DNA from: Octopus vulgaris
Lineage: Eukaryota
DNA length: 64,000 nucleotides
NCBI GenBank assembly: GCA_951406725.2
Contig: OX597835.1
Coordinates: forward strand, 44,454,001-44,518,000
Reading direction: 5' to 3'
A program made the position numbers and the translations under genes. The first letter of the stretch is position 1; each line of letters opens with the position of its first letter. A model generated the notes under the pieces. It was not told where the DNA came from and searched no databases. It was given only the letters and a program-made list of their open reading frames with translations. Positions 41,716 through 55,985 of this stretch are shown here, in pieces.

Positions 41716-42012
41716 GAGGCACATGGCCTAGTGGTTAGAGCAGCAGACTCGCGGTCGACGGAATGAAGGTTCGAATCTCAGACCGGACGATGTGTGTGTT
41801 TATGAGCGAAGAACCTAAGCTCCACGCGGCTCCGGCAGAAGGTAATGGCGAAACTTCTGCTGACTCTTTCGTCACAACATTCTCTCACTCTTTCCTACTG
41901 CATCTTGCAGCTCACCTGCGATGAACCGGCGTCCCGTCCAGGTGGGGAACCTATACGTCAAGAAACCGGAAACCGGCCCTTATGAGCCAGGCATGGCTCG
42001 AGAAGGAACAAA
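41716..42012 (+). mobile_element. tRNA-Arg-derived SINE with Meta-like 3' domain
   Basis: Head tggcctagtggttagagcagcagactcgcggtc..ggttcgaatctc. Body cctgcgatgaaccggcgtcccgtccagg..gaaaccgg. Confidence 0.75.
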
Positions 42013-42162
42013 CATTTCTCGCCTCTCCTATCGAATTGTGAGACAAAGTCACAGCTTCAGTTTTAAAAAAAGAAAGAAAAAAAGCATATACGCATAAACA
42101 GGAATTGTGGATTCCTTTCTCAATCGCTCTACATTAAGGAATGTACACACACACACACACAC

Positions 42163-42222
<60 letters not shown>

Positions 42223-42230
42223 CTTCTAAT

Positions 42231-42332
42231 CACCTGAGGAGACACATCAATACCGACGGTTACACCTACGGCAGACGTTCAGTATCCAACCCGTGAGGAA
42301 TCGATACTAGATGAGTCGAAACACTTGTAGTA
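42231..42332 (+). ncRNA. Type I hammerhead motif in a ~170 bp insert between (TA)n
   Basis: ac-CTGAGGA-gacacatc...gatgagtc-GAAAC-ACTT-GTA-gt, followed by AATAAA. Confidence 0.7.
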
Positions 42333-42387
42333 GTCAAATAAACATAAACGTTCTCGTATTTTCGATCTTCCGTCTCTCTCATTAACC

Positions 42388-42422
<35 letters not shown>

Positions 42423-42603
42423 TAAATAAATGGCACAACGAAGTACCGATATTTACTGGAAAATAGCGAACGTAATAAATACGACGCTAATGTATAGCTT
42501 CACTGCGTATGTACTAGTAAAGATGCGTGTATGCAGCAAACATGAAAAACATTGTCTTACCTCTAGGAAGAACATCTGAAAATGAAACACCTAGAAATGG
42601 ATA

Positions 42604-42675
42604 ATGTTGTACCGGTTTCAGATTCTTCAAAATACGTCTGCCAACATATATTTGATTTATCCTCATCAGCCACAT
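42604..42675 (-). ncRNA. Type I hammerhead motif inside an inverted-repeat unit (42421-42970)
   Basis: atgtgg-CTGATGA-ggat...atct-GAAAC-CG-GTA-caacat. Stem III is the palindrome ACCGGT. Confidence 0.75.
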
Positions 42676-43671
42676 ATACTTCGACAATATTTCAAATGTT
42701 GCCACATCTATGCCAGTACACTCGACTGAACGCCAAAACGTTGACAGAACGAGAACAGTGAAGAAGTTTCAATGAAAATAGTAATGCAATACGAGAGTAT
42801 TGCTTTCCAGTAAAGAATAGCCCATGAGGGTAAAATTATACATAAAAGTAAATAAAATAGTAATGCAATACTTCGTTGTGCCATTTATTTACTTTTATGT
42901 ATAATTTTACCCTCACGGGCTATCCTTTACTGGAAAGCAATACTCTCGTATTGCATTATTATTTTCATTATATATATATATATATATATTACAGTTACTG
43001 CTACGACCAAGCTATCAGATATTACTACACATCGCTGGTTACAAAGCGCTTCGCATTGGTTTAGCCTTCAAATGACGCCACCCCGCTGGCTACGCGAGCA
43101 GGCCAACAGAAAAAAGAGTGAGAGAAAGTTGTAGTGAAGGAGTACAGCAGGGTTCGCCACCAACCCATGCCGGAGCCTAGACACCTAGACACACACACAT
43201 ACGAACACAAACATGCACACACGTCTACAACCACATGCATGAAGGTTGTACGATTTCTTGCTAAACGACCTTCACACCTGGCTTGCTTCTAAAGGTCAAA
43301 TGTTTCGGCCCTTTTTCACCTCATTCCCTCTATCAAAGCGACACTTATCGGGTTCGAAATGATTACAGAGCTACGTGAAATGAGGCCTTTTACTTCAGAA
43401 CAAACGCAACGCCTAGTTCGAAATTCGAAACCACAATTTTGCGATCGTGAATGGAAGCCCGTAGCCACGAGACATCACGGCCATAAATCGCGCGCGCTGA
43501 GATGCAGATCCATGTTGCTTCTCTATGCAAAATTTCGCGTAAGACATCAACCAATTGCAGGCTTTAGTTGAAGTCTCTTACCCTTGGTGCTACCCTTGGT
43601 GAGATCGAGCCATGGACCAAATCGCTACGACGCGAAGTAAACGTTGCAACTATACGCGTATTCATGCATTA

Positions 43672-44325
43672 ACAGTTACGCACTGGGGTCGATGTAATCG
43701 ACTTAATCTGTTTGTCCCTCTCTGTGTTTAGCCCCTTGTGGGTAGTAAAGAAATAGGTATTTCGAGGTCTGGCGCTACGTTCTGAGTTCAAATTCCGCCG
43801 AGGTCGACTTTGCCTTTCAAGCTTTCGGGGTCAATAAATTAAGTACCAGTTACGTACTTGAGTCGATGTAATCGACTAACCCTCTTCCCAACAAAATTTC
43901 CAAGGCCTTGTGCCTAGAGTAAAATTGATATTACCTACGTGAAAGGCGGCGAACTGGCAGAAACGTTAGCACGCCGGGCGAAATACTTGGCGGTATTTCG
44001 TCTGCCGCTACGTTCTGAGTTCAAATTCCGCTGAGGCCAACTTTGCCTTTCATCATTTCGAGATCGATTAAATAAGTACCAATTACGCACTTGGTCGATA
44101 TAATTCACTTAATTCGTTTGTCTGTCCTTGTTCGTCTCCTCTGTGTGTAACCCCTTGTGGGCAGTAAAGAAATACGTATTTCGTCCGACCTTACGTTCTG
44201 AGTTCAAATGCTACCGGAGTCGTCTTTCTCTTTCATCTATTCGGGGTAGCAGTTGGACACTGGGGCCGATGTAACAGACTTAACCCCTCCCCTAACATCT
44301 CTGGTCTTGTGCCAAAATCTGAAGC
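43672..44325 (+). mobile_element. Tandem cluster of Nin-like SINE units
   Basis: tacgttctgagttcaaat occurs three times, with repeated 3' halves. Confidence 0.8.
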
Positions 44326-44566
44326 CAGTTTACTTTCGCGGACTTCTAACCATATCATGAAAAACTACTTCCATGAAAAACGAAATTCTAAAATACCGTT
44401 TCATGGTATTTCTCTATAACATTCCCGCCATCTTAGTGTTCTCGAAATAACTATGGAATTTCTAGAATTATATTATTCACGACGCTAAGTAGTGGCATCT
44501 CGTCCTTGGCATTGGGTGTGCTTCACCTTGTTGCACGAAAATGAACTAACTACAAACTTATACGTA

Positions 44567-44602
<36 letters not shown>

Positions 44603-44850
44603 GTATATGAATACACGCACACACACACATATATAAATATACATACGTATATATATATATATTTACATGTATATATACACATACATATATATGCACACGT
44701 TAGGGCGTATGTGTGTTCAATGCTATCATTGCGTATATCAATCTCTTACGTAATATATACACGCGCGTGTTCACCAGCATGAAAGCATAAAAAAGCATAC
44801 AAACATGCCGAATCCATACCGTATATGTATTGACATATATGTATATATTA

Positions 44851-44896
<46 letters not shown>

Positions 44897-45330
44897 TGTA
44901 TGTATGTATGTATGTATGTATGCATGCATGAATGTATGTATTTATGCACGAGTGTGCATATGTGAGTTAGAGAGAACAATGGTGTTGTGTGTGCGCGTGT
45001 GTGTGTGCGTGTGTGAAACGTTAATCTTTGCTTTAATAATTAGATGGATTCAAGCTATTTAAACATGTTATGTTTTTGACAAGAGATAATTAAAAATCAA
45101 CGTGAGATAATATTTTCATTTGCTGCATTATTTAAACTACAGTTTTATAGTTTTTTTTATAGTTTTTTTTGTTTTATCAACAAATCATCTCAGCTCTTCT
45201 TTTTTCTTTTTTTTCTTTTTTTTATATATATCTTATATTTCAATTTTTTTCATAGAATATATATTTTTGTTGTTTCATCCTCTTCTCTTAATTGTCATCC
45301 TGCAATCTTTTTCCTTACATTTCTTTTCCT

Positions 45331-45362
<32 letters not shown>

Positions 45363-45819
45363 TCTCATCTTCTTCATCTCTCTTCCCTTCTCTATCTCTC
45401 TCTCTCTCTCTCTTTCTCTATCAAGTACACTCATGTTGTCTCTCATATCTCTCTATTGTTTTATCTATTGCTTTCTTTCTCTCTCCGTATCTCTCACTTT
45501 TCCTCAAGCGTTCTCTCTCCATATTTATATATCTCTCTATCTCTGCTGCAATCACCATTTCATGCCTTTTCTCCCACCTTTTCTCCCATTCTCTCTCTCT
45601 CACTCTCTCTCTATTTCCTCTCTTTCCTTCTCTTTCTCCATTTTTACCAGTTTGTGTTCTTTAATCCTTTCTTATTGTCACACACACACATACACACACA
45701 CACACACAAGTATATACATTTGTAGATATATATATATATACATTTATATATACGTATGTATATATCTGCATACATATATACGTAGGTATATATACACACA
45801 GAAATGCTCATATATTTGC

Positions 45820-45947
<128 letters not shown>

Positions 45948-45999
45948 TCTTCCATTACTATGTTTATAATGCCTTTCTCTCTCTCCCACACTTCATAAC

Positions 46000-46149
<150 letters not shown>

Positions 46150-46201
46150 TCTCACTCTATATCTATATGCATATATAATCTATGTGTATATGTGTGTGTG
46201 T

Positions 46202-46243
<42 letters not shown>

Positions 46244-46579
46244 TGTTTCTTTCCTTTCGCTGTTCCGTTCTCAACTTTTGCAGCAACACAAATCATCCAA
46301 TATTCTTCAACCTGAGGCAGCTAACATCAACATCCTTCGCTCATTTTTGTTGTTGTTTGATTCTTAATAATCAGCATCACCATCATCATCAGCAGCATTG
46401 CTATCCTTCCTTTTTCTTTTTTCAATTTTTATTCTCGCCGTCATCCGCTTCATCAAGGTCAGCGTCGTTGCTTCGTTTCTGCCATCGTCGTCATCTTCTA
46501 GGAAAGACGACTTCCTCTGCTTCCTCCTCCTCCTCATCACTACTATCAACCCCATCGCGGTGGTCGTGGTCGTGGATGT

Positions 46580-46866
46580 GATCATCATCATCATCATTGT
46601 CATCGTCATCATCACCATCATCATCATCGCCGTCATCATCGTCATCATCATCGTCATCGTCATCATCATCATCATCATCACCATCATCATCATCGCCGTC
46701 ATCATCGTCATCATTATCGTCATCGTCATCATCATCATCGTCATCGTCATCGTCAACATCATCATCATCATCATCACCACCACCACCACCATTATCATCA
46801 TCATCATCATCGTCATCATCATCATCATCATCGTCATCGTCATCGTCAGCGTCAACGTCATCATCA

Positions 46867-46899
<33 letters not shown>

Positions 46900-47271
46900 G
46901 CGTCATCATCATCATCATCGTCAGCATCATCCTCATCACCATCATCATCATCGCCGTCATGATCGTCATCACCATCATCATCATCATCATGATCGTCATC
47001 ATCATCATCATCATCATCAGCATCGTCATCATCATCACCACCATCATCATCATCGTCGTCGTCATCATCGTCATCATCACCATCATCATCATCGCCGTCA
47101 TCATCGTCACCATCGTCATCATCATCATCTTCATAATCATCATCATCATCATCATCACCATCATCATCATCGCCGTCATCATCGTCACCATCGTAATCAT
47201 CATCATCTTCATAATCATCATCATCATCATCATCACCATCATCATCATCGCCGTCATCATCGTCACCATCG

Positions 47272-47313
<42 letters not shown>

Positions 47314-47386
47314 CCATCATCATCATCGCCGTCATCGTCATCATCATCATCATCATCACCACCACCACCACCATTATCATCATCAT

Positions 47387-47420
<34 letters not shown>
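46580..47420. repeat. (CAT/CGT)n trinucleotide array
   Basis: Directly visible. Confidence 0.95.
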
Positions 47421-47421
<1 letters not shown>

Positions 47422-47946
47422 GTGCTGTCATCTCCCTTGTTATTTTAATCATGGTTCAATTTATAGAAATCATCAAATGATTAACTTCGTAAACATTATT
47501 ATTGACATAACAACAATCTCACTTATGTAATTATTTTCATCACCACCGCCGCCACCACCGCCACCACCACCACCACCACCACCACCACACACCATCATCA
47601 TCATCATCATCATCCAAATCGTCACCGCCACCTTCATCCTGATTTGCCGCAATCTCTGCGTTATTATGAACACGTAGGTTTTCACGATATTCATCATCAG
47701 CATCATAACCAGCATTATCATCATACGCTCAATTCTTTCTCTATTCTCCTCCCTCTATTCTCTCACCCACTCCTTCTCTCTCTCTCTCTCCCTCCCTCTC
47801 TCTGTATTTCTCTCTGCCCCATACTTTTTAATATTCATCCTTTTGCGCTACTCTCTCTAAGAACTACTTCTTTTTTATCATGCCACAATACATACATACA
47901 TACATACATATATACATACATACATATATATATATACATACATACA

Positions 47947-47978
<32 letters not shown>

Positions 47979-48104
47979 CTTACATATACATATATATATA
48001 TATATATATATACATATATATGTATATATATATATGTGTGTATATATATACATATATATATATACATGCATACATTCATATATATATGAATATATATATA
48101 TATG

Positions 48105-48174
<70 letters not shown>

Positions 48175-48317
48175 ATTATGTTACATTACTCGGTAGTCAA
48201 GATAAAACTCTGAGTTTCAGATGCCGAAGTAATGTAACATATTGTTGTATAGATAAATTTCCTCTATTTACATAATATTGAGGTCTCTTTCTTTCTTTTG
48301 TTATCTTAGCGTTCTAT

Positions 48318-48381
<64 letters not shown>

Positions 48382-48643
48382 TGTATGTAACGTTTATGAA
48401 TTACTTGTTCAAAGACTCCTGATGTGAAATCGTGTGTTGAAACAGATTGTGTTATATTTCAGCATGGTCATGTTTTCTTTTTATTTCTTGCCAAATTAAC
48501 ACACCCACACATACACCCACGCACACACACACACACACACACAGACACACACAAGCACACACACACACACTACATGTTCGTTCTTTACTCATTTATTTCG
48601 TCTTTAGAGAATGGACTAAACAAAACAGGCGGTGAAAGTGGGA

Positions 48644-48685
48644 TTTGCTGAAGAGGTCACAGGTGGGTGACGAAGGATTTCCAGA
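48644..48685 (+). ncRNA. Compact hammerhead-like motif
   Basis: tttg-CTGAAGA-ggtcac-aggtgg-gtgac-GAAG-GA-TTTC-caga (A15.1 altered). Confidence 0.5.
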
Positions 48686-48813
48686 CAATGCAAGTAAAAT
48701 GAGAACAATAATCGATGTGTAACGAGCGAACATGCAGTGCGAGTGTATATACATATATACACACACATACATACATACATACATACATATACATACATAC
48801 ATATATATATACG

Positions 48814-48886
<73 letters not shown>

Positions 48887-48934
48887 ATATATATATATAT
48901 ATATATGCATATATATATTTATATATATATACAC

Positions 48935-49885
48935 ATTAGCGGCCATGACACAAGTAAGAACAAGATTAACAAAACGTTGAGATTAGACATATTACACATA
49001 TTTAGATATGTCTAATATCTATCTTTCGGGAAAATTTCAATTGAATGGAGTAAATATTTCGTAAGTTACGAGGAAAAAAACAAAAAATCTTCCAAACTGC
49101 AACCGCCAAAATATGGAACAAGAGCAAAAAGAAACCTTACTATTAATGTTTTTTTTTAACATCCCGTTACTATCAATCGCCTCCTGACATTTGTTACGAC
49201 AGGACTGAATAAATTTCTTGCAAAATGATGGAGTAATATTGTTCCATTCGGTTTTCTATCATTCTCAAATTCACCTTGGTCCTTTGAATTTTTCCTTCAC
49301 GCCCCATCTCCGATAATCTTCCAAACACATTCTATAGGGCCAAGATAGGGATTTTGAGGTAGCCAGTCCACGAGATCAACCTCCTTCATCACTCATAAAA
49401 CCTTTGACTCTCTTCGCAGTGTGACAGGGAGCGTTGTCCTGCACGAAGATAGGAGGTTGAATTGACGAGGATCGGAGATGTAGAAGGGCATGTTGTCTAA
49501 GAATCTGCTTGTAGATTTCAGCATTAACAGTCCCTTGTAGGCGATTAAGTGGACCAAGACCAGTATTAGAGCTCACTCGTCATGCCATTACACTGTCTCC
49601 TCCATATCTCACTGTCTTCTTCAGACATGCACTGGATAACCTTTAGCCAATTCTTCGTCGGACGTACATACTGCCATGGGAACCAATTACATTAAACTTC
49701 GATTCATCGCTAAAATGAACCTGCGAGCACTGTTCTTCTCTCCAAACGACATGTTTGTGAGCGAAAGGAAGACGAGATCTTTGATTCTTCTTGGCGATCA
49801 GAGGTTTCTTTGCTGCTGCCTGAGAAAGCTACCCAGAACTGTTTTGCACGATACGTTTGCTAATGTTTCTGCCTCCTCGCCGTCT
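48935..49885 (-). mobile_element. Tc1 transposase relic
   Basis: VHFSDESKFN, YVRR, GPLNRLQGTVNAEIYKQIL, IFVQDNAPCHTAKRVK, WLPQNP.L.PIECVWKII. Confidence 0.88.
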
Positions 49886-49887
49886 TC

Positions 49888-49984
<97 letters not shown>

Positions 49985-49985
<1 letters not shown>

Positions 49986-50423
49986 GATTTCTTTCATTGA
50001 CCACAAGGGCGCAAAACGTGGAAGACACTATCTAAGGACGAGTTACAGCACAAAAAAATAAATAAGAAATTACAAAAACTACAAAAACATGTGGGGTTAA
50101 TATCATTTAAGGGACGATTCTACCTCATTAAAGGATAGAGGAGAGGATATATAATAGAAAATAGGGAAAGAAATAATAAATAAATTGATAGAAGCAGTCC
50201 ACTTAGGGTAATATAGGGTAAACCCCACACAAAAATCAGGGATTACTCTGCCATCTCCAAGGCATGGCAAAGTGCCCGCTTCCAGATCCTTTCCTTTTGT
50301 TTAGAAAAGCATATTCAGAGTCGATCCATTCCGTCTCCCCAGGCTTGCCACTGTCGACCACTTTTTGATGAACACACTAGAGGGCAGCACCTCACTCTCC
50401 ACCCTCACCTTCCTCTTCAAATG
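49985..50423 (-). mobile_element. Probable Tx1/L1-like LINE 3' fragment
   Basis: The ORF ends HLKRKVRVESEVLPSSVFIKKWSTVA..LNMLF*. A T-rich 3' UTR ends cccttgtggtcaatgaaagaaatc + (TTA)n. Confidence 0.55.
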
Positions 50424-50604
50424 ATGATGATGATGATGATGATGATGATAATAATAATAATAATAATGATAATAATAATAATAATAACGATAACGATAAT
50501 GATAATAATAATAATAATAATAACAACAACAACAACAACAACAACAAAAACAACAACAACAACAACAACAACAATAACAATAACAATAACAATAATAATA
50601 ATAA

Positions 50605-50635
<31 letters not shown>

Positions 50636-50640
50636 AATAA

Positions 50641-51902
50641 TATCTGCCAAGAAAAGAGGGAGGCCGTGGACTTTTACAATTGGCAATAACAATGAAGATT
50701 GCTACAATTGGCCTAGACACCTACCTGAAAAACTCTGAGGACTGGATGTTAAAACTTGTCTCAAAACATGAAAACAAGAAAGCATCATACTCAGTAACAA
50801 AACAGGCAAAGTAATATCTAAGTGAATTCCGAATACAACAAATTTCGGAATTAGAGATAGACATACAAGAAACAGGCACAGAAAAAGCTAAGCGCATGAA
50901 AACCCGTGCTAAATCTGCGGCCTTAGATATTCTGAATGATAAATGGCAAGAAAAACCTCTCTATGGCAAATACCCAAAGAGAGCAAATAATGCAGATGTT
51001 GACAAAGCCCTGACCCATCAATGGCTAATGGCCTCTGGCTTAAAATCTGAAACAGAGGGGTTTATCATAGCAGCTCAAGATCAATGCCTACCAACAAGAA
51101 ACTACCAGGCCAACATACTAAAGATCAGAAGCAGTCCGTGTCGTGTATGCCAGCAACAAAATGAAACCATTGACCATGTGGTCTCCAAGTGCAGTCTTCT
51201 AGCGCCTACAGAGTATCTCAACAGACACGATAGAGCTGCACAATATATTCACTGGGTAATCTGCAAAAACCTGGATTTGCCCCATGAAAAAAACTGGTGG
51301 GAACACAAACCACCCCCAGTGCTTGAAAATGACCACGTCTCATTCCTCTGGAACTTCACCATTCAAACTGAAAGAAAGATAGATGCAAATAGGCCAGACA
51401 TCATATTGAAAGACTTCAAACTAAGAACATGCCTCCTCATTGATATGACAGTCCCAATTGATATAAACGTATCTGTCAAGACCTACCAAAAACTGAGCAA
51501 ATATAAAGATCTTGAAATAGAAATCAGCAAAATGTGGAACCTGAAGACTAAAACAATACCTGTTGTCATAGGTGCCCTGGGAATGATAGCAAAAGGGGCT
51601 GATAGCTACCTAACTCAGATACCAGGAAACCCAAAAATGGCAGAAATTCAAAAGATAGTGCTCATGGGAATTGCTCATATCCTATGCAAAATACTTTCTA
51701 TGTAATCTCAAGGTTTAAAACAAACATAATTTTCGGTTTTTTTTTAGACATTCATTAGTACAACACCAAAAAATCCCCCCCCCCCAATATATGGCACACT
51801 AGGCATAACAACAACATGAACTTCCAACCTGTTGTCTCTTGAGGTCTCTGGGTGAGACTTGGAGCCAACTTGTACAAATATAAAGCAAAACTCAAACATA
51901 GA
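50641..51902 (+). mobile_element. R4/Dong-like non-LTR retrotransposon 3' part (CCHC finger + restriction-like endonuclease)
   Basis: YLPRKEGGRGL at the 5' junction. ORF 50896-51705 has AAQDQCL, CRVC..ETIDHVVSKC, RHD, RPDII, LIDMTVP and KLSKYKDL. It is embedded in (TAA)n on both sides. Confidence 0.92.
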
Positions 51903-52177
51903 ATAATAATAGTAATAATAATATAATAATAATAATAATAACGGTTTCAAATTTTGGCATAAGGCCTGCAACTTCAGGGATAGGTGAAAGTCAATTACAT
52001 CGACCTCAATACTCGATTGGTACTCATTTTATCGAGCCGGAAAATATGGAATGCGAAGTCGACCCCAGCGAAATTTGAACACAGAACGTGAGGGCCGACA
52101 GAATATATTGCAAAGCAATATGCCCGGCGAGCTAATGATTCGGCTGGCTCACTTACCTTTCACTGCGACCACGGCTA

Positions 52178-53050
52178 ACACCACTCTACCACCACCAACA
52201 CCAAATCCACCACCACCACCGCCGCCATCACCAACACCACCACCACCACCACCGCCGACGCCGCAAACACCACCGCCGCCGCAGCTGCAACCACCACCAC
52301 CACTACTAACATCACTAGCACCACCGCCACCACCCCACCACCGCCACCACCGCCACCATCACCACTGCCACCACCGCCACCATCACTACCACCACCACAA
52401 CCACCACCACCACCACCACCACCACCACCACCGCCGCAACTGCAACCACCACCGCCATTACCACCACTACCACCACCACCGCCATCACCATCACCACCAC
52501 CACCACCACCAGCAGCACCATCACCACCTCTGCCGCCGTCGCCACCGCCACCACCACCACCGCAACCACCACCACCACCACCGCAACCACCAGCACCAGC
52601 ACCAGCACCACCACCACCACCACCCACCACCACCGCAACCACCACCACCACCACCACCACCACCACCACCACCACCACCACCGCCACCGCAACCACCGCA
52701 ACCACCACCACCGCAACCACCACCACCACCACCACCACCACCACCACCACCACCACCACCACCGCAACCACCACCACCACCGCAACCACCGCAACCACCG
52801 CAACCACCGCAACCACCACCACCGCAACCACCACTACCACCACCACCACCACCACCACCACCACCACCACCAGCACCATCACCACCACAACCACCACCAC
52901 CGCAACCACCACCACCACCATCACCACCACTACCACCACCACCTCCGCCGCCGCCGCCTCAGTTGCAACCACCTCCTCCACCGCCACCGCTGCCACCACC
53001 ACCGCCAACACCGCCACCACCCACCACCACCACCACCACCACCACCACCA
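52178..53050. repeat. (ACC/GCC)n trinucleotide array
   Basis: Directly visible. It gives poly-Pro, poly-His and poly-Gly pseudo-ORFs. Confidence 0.95.
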
Positions 53051-53680
53051 ATTATAGAACTAGTGTATTCACAATGGTATTTCAATAATGGTAAAATAAT
53101 TGTTATAAATGTATTGTCCTTGTTGTTGTCATTGTTGTTGTTGCATCTGTCAATGTCGAGGATTATGAGTTTGACAGCTTCGATGGTGATTGATGTTGAT
53201 AATGATAGTAATGACGACGACGACGAAGACGACGATGACGACGACGACGAAGACGATGATGACGACGAAGACGATGATGACGATGATGATGATGACGATG
53301 ACGATGATGATGATGATGATGAGGATGGTGTCGGTGGCGGCGGAGTTGTTGATTCCTGTTATGATGGAAAGGAAATGATGAAAAAAAATATTAAATTTTT
53401 TTTTATCATCGTAATGAATACTGTCGATAAATCTATCACCATCATCATCATCGTCATCATCCTCATCTCCCCCCTCTTTCTCCCCTCCTCCTCCTCCTCC
53501 TCCTCTTCTTCTTCGTCGTCATCATCGTCATCATCATCATCATCATTATCTTCACCATCATCGTCTTTGCTCCATGTCAGTTCTGTTCCAGTTTGTTTAG
53601 GAGCAAATTGATTAGAATGCTTCTGTTGTTCTTCATTTAGTGCTGGCGGCGGTGGTGATGGAAGTGGTAGTAGTAGTAGT

Positions 53681-53718
<38 letters not shown>

Positions 53719-53815
53719 TAATGAGAGTAACATCAGGTGTAATGTTGATTGCAGCATTAACAGTCGTAATAATTGCAAATATTCGTAATAGCAGCTGCAG
53801 CAACGGCAACAACAA

Positions 53816-53866
<51 letters not shown>

Positions 53867-53926
53867 CCACTACTTCTGCTGCTGCTGCTGATGATGATGA
53901 TGATGCTGTTACCACTGCTGCTGCTG

Positions 53927-53984
<58 letters not shown>

Positions 53985-55095
53985 TAGTACTACTGCTACT
54001 ACTAGTTATTTTAGAGCCTGTCTAGAGTTGAATAAAGGAATATGCTGTGAGAATTCCGGGAGCGGGGTGGGAATCTAGCATCACTGATTGCAAAATGGCT
54101 GCATTAATAATGACAACTTTCGGACAGGGAACTAACTAATTATGGTTATCGTCCAGAAAGTCTTAGCCTGACTGTATCTATAAGATAGGCGCACCCATCT
54201 CGAGAAAACCTCTACAGACACAGAAGTGCCGTCAGGTAGGAGCGTACCAAATGCGACTCAACAAATCTTGCACTTATTCCTGCAGTCTCCGGGCCTTTCT
54301 AATTAAGGGAATTAAGTTAATCAGCTTTTGTCCTGTGTATCACGGATCATGTTATCGGCCGAATATACCGAGAAGATCGACGCACCAGCCCGACCTCCTT
54401 TTAAAGGACTGGGCCTGTAGTGTTTTTCCTGTATCTGGTTGCTATGTCGAAATATGTCGTGTGCTGCACAAGAACAAAACTATTGAGAAAGGACGAACCC
54501 AGACACCTTCATCTTTGACAATAAGTAGTTCCATCTCGAAAGGAATATCGGAGGAGACAGGAAGGTGTTTGTCTACCTGTAAACGATTCCTGTCCCAAGA
54601 ATTCTGTTTGAATATTGCTAACTGCGAAAAGGTTAGAGTGGGAAATGACCGACCCTAAACATGTGCCTGTAAACAATTAAGGGTCGGCATTTGCAGTTGG
54701 TTTTTCAAGGTGGCCTTGGATGGGTGAATTTCCTCATTCATTAGTCCTAATTAGAGCGTATGAAGTACCAGGATGTTATTATCGCCCATACATTCAGCTA
54801 TTTTGTATAGTCTCCACAATTTTTCTCGAGGAAACTGTAAACCTGTCTTTTCTTCATCGGACGCACCAAATTCATCATCGTCAGACATCATTATCATCGT
54901 TATCATCATCATTATCATCATCGTCGTCAACATCGTCGTCGTCGTCCTCTACCCTCTCATCCCTCTCCTCCACTTACTCAACCTACTCCCATCTTTTTCC
55001 CTTCCTTTTCCCTTCCTTCTCCTTCTCATTTAATATCACATTTTCTTCTTCATATTCTTTTTTTTCTTCTTCTTCTTCTTCTTCTTCTTCTTCTT

Positions 55096-55128
<33 letters not shown>

Positions 55129-55270
55129 CTTATTTTTCTTATTATTATTATCATCATTATTGTTACCAGTTGTCAACTGGAATCGATGCAATCGACTAGT
55201 CCCCTCCCCTCAAATTTCAGGCCTTGTGACGACAGTACAAGGGATTATTATTATTATTATTATTATTATT

Positions 55271-55823
55271 GAGTGAGAGAGGAGTGCATGCCATCAAAGT
55301 GACACTGGGGTAAAATATACGAAGCCCAATATACCCATCATGACTACTCGTCTGATAAGGGTACACCAGGCACATGCTTCACAACCATATGTGCATGACA
55401 TGGTGATCTCATATCAAGAAAAACAGCACATGACCTTGCAGGTGGGGCCCAGTTAGAATTTTCTTCAGGTTGACTAGCCCATCCTGCTCAAAAGGTCCCT
55501 GAATAAGGGTTGTTTAAGGATGTTGAAAGAACCACCCATGTTTCCAGAGGTGAATTATTCAAACCCCAAAGAATCCCTCTCAACACATGGCTATGATGCT
55601 CCCCCACTACTTCTGCTCGTGATCAGAGATGCACATATCGTCAGCCACTAAGGGACATGCTCAACTGGTTAAGGTCAAACAACTGACAAGCAAATCTGTT
55701 GTGTTGAGCAGAATATTTGCTGTAGCCCATCTTTTATACCAAGACAAAACAATGTACATGATAACACTTCCAATCAGTTAAGATCAGAAGCCATGAGAGC
55801 CACTGCCTGGTACTGCATCAGGG

Positions 55824-55824
<1 letters not shown>
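55271..55824. mobile_element. ~555 bp non-coding interspersed element inserted in (TTA)n
   Basis: High-complexity sequence with sharp (TTA)n boundaries on both sides and no ORF. Family assignment is inferred. Confidence 0.55.
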
Positions 55825-55904
<80 letters not shown>

Positions 55905-55916
55905 CATTATTATTAA

Positions 55917-55985
<69 letters not shown>

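Noticed and set aside
40690-41790. tRNA genes
   Set aside because: A and B boxes are present but the cloverleaf arms are broken and the heads run into SINE bodies.
54643-54692. SECIS-like hairpin (ATGA-stem-AAA)
   Set aside because: The helix is only about 8 bp and the 3' GA of the quartet is absent (GGCAT).
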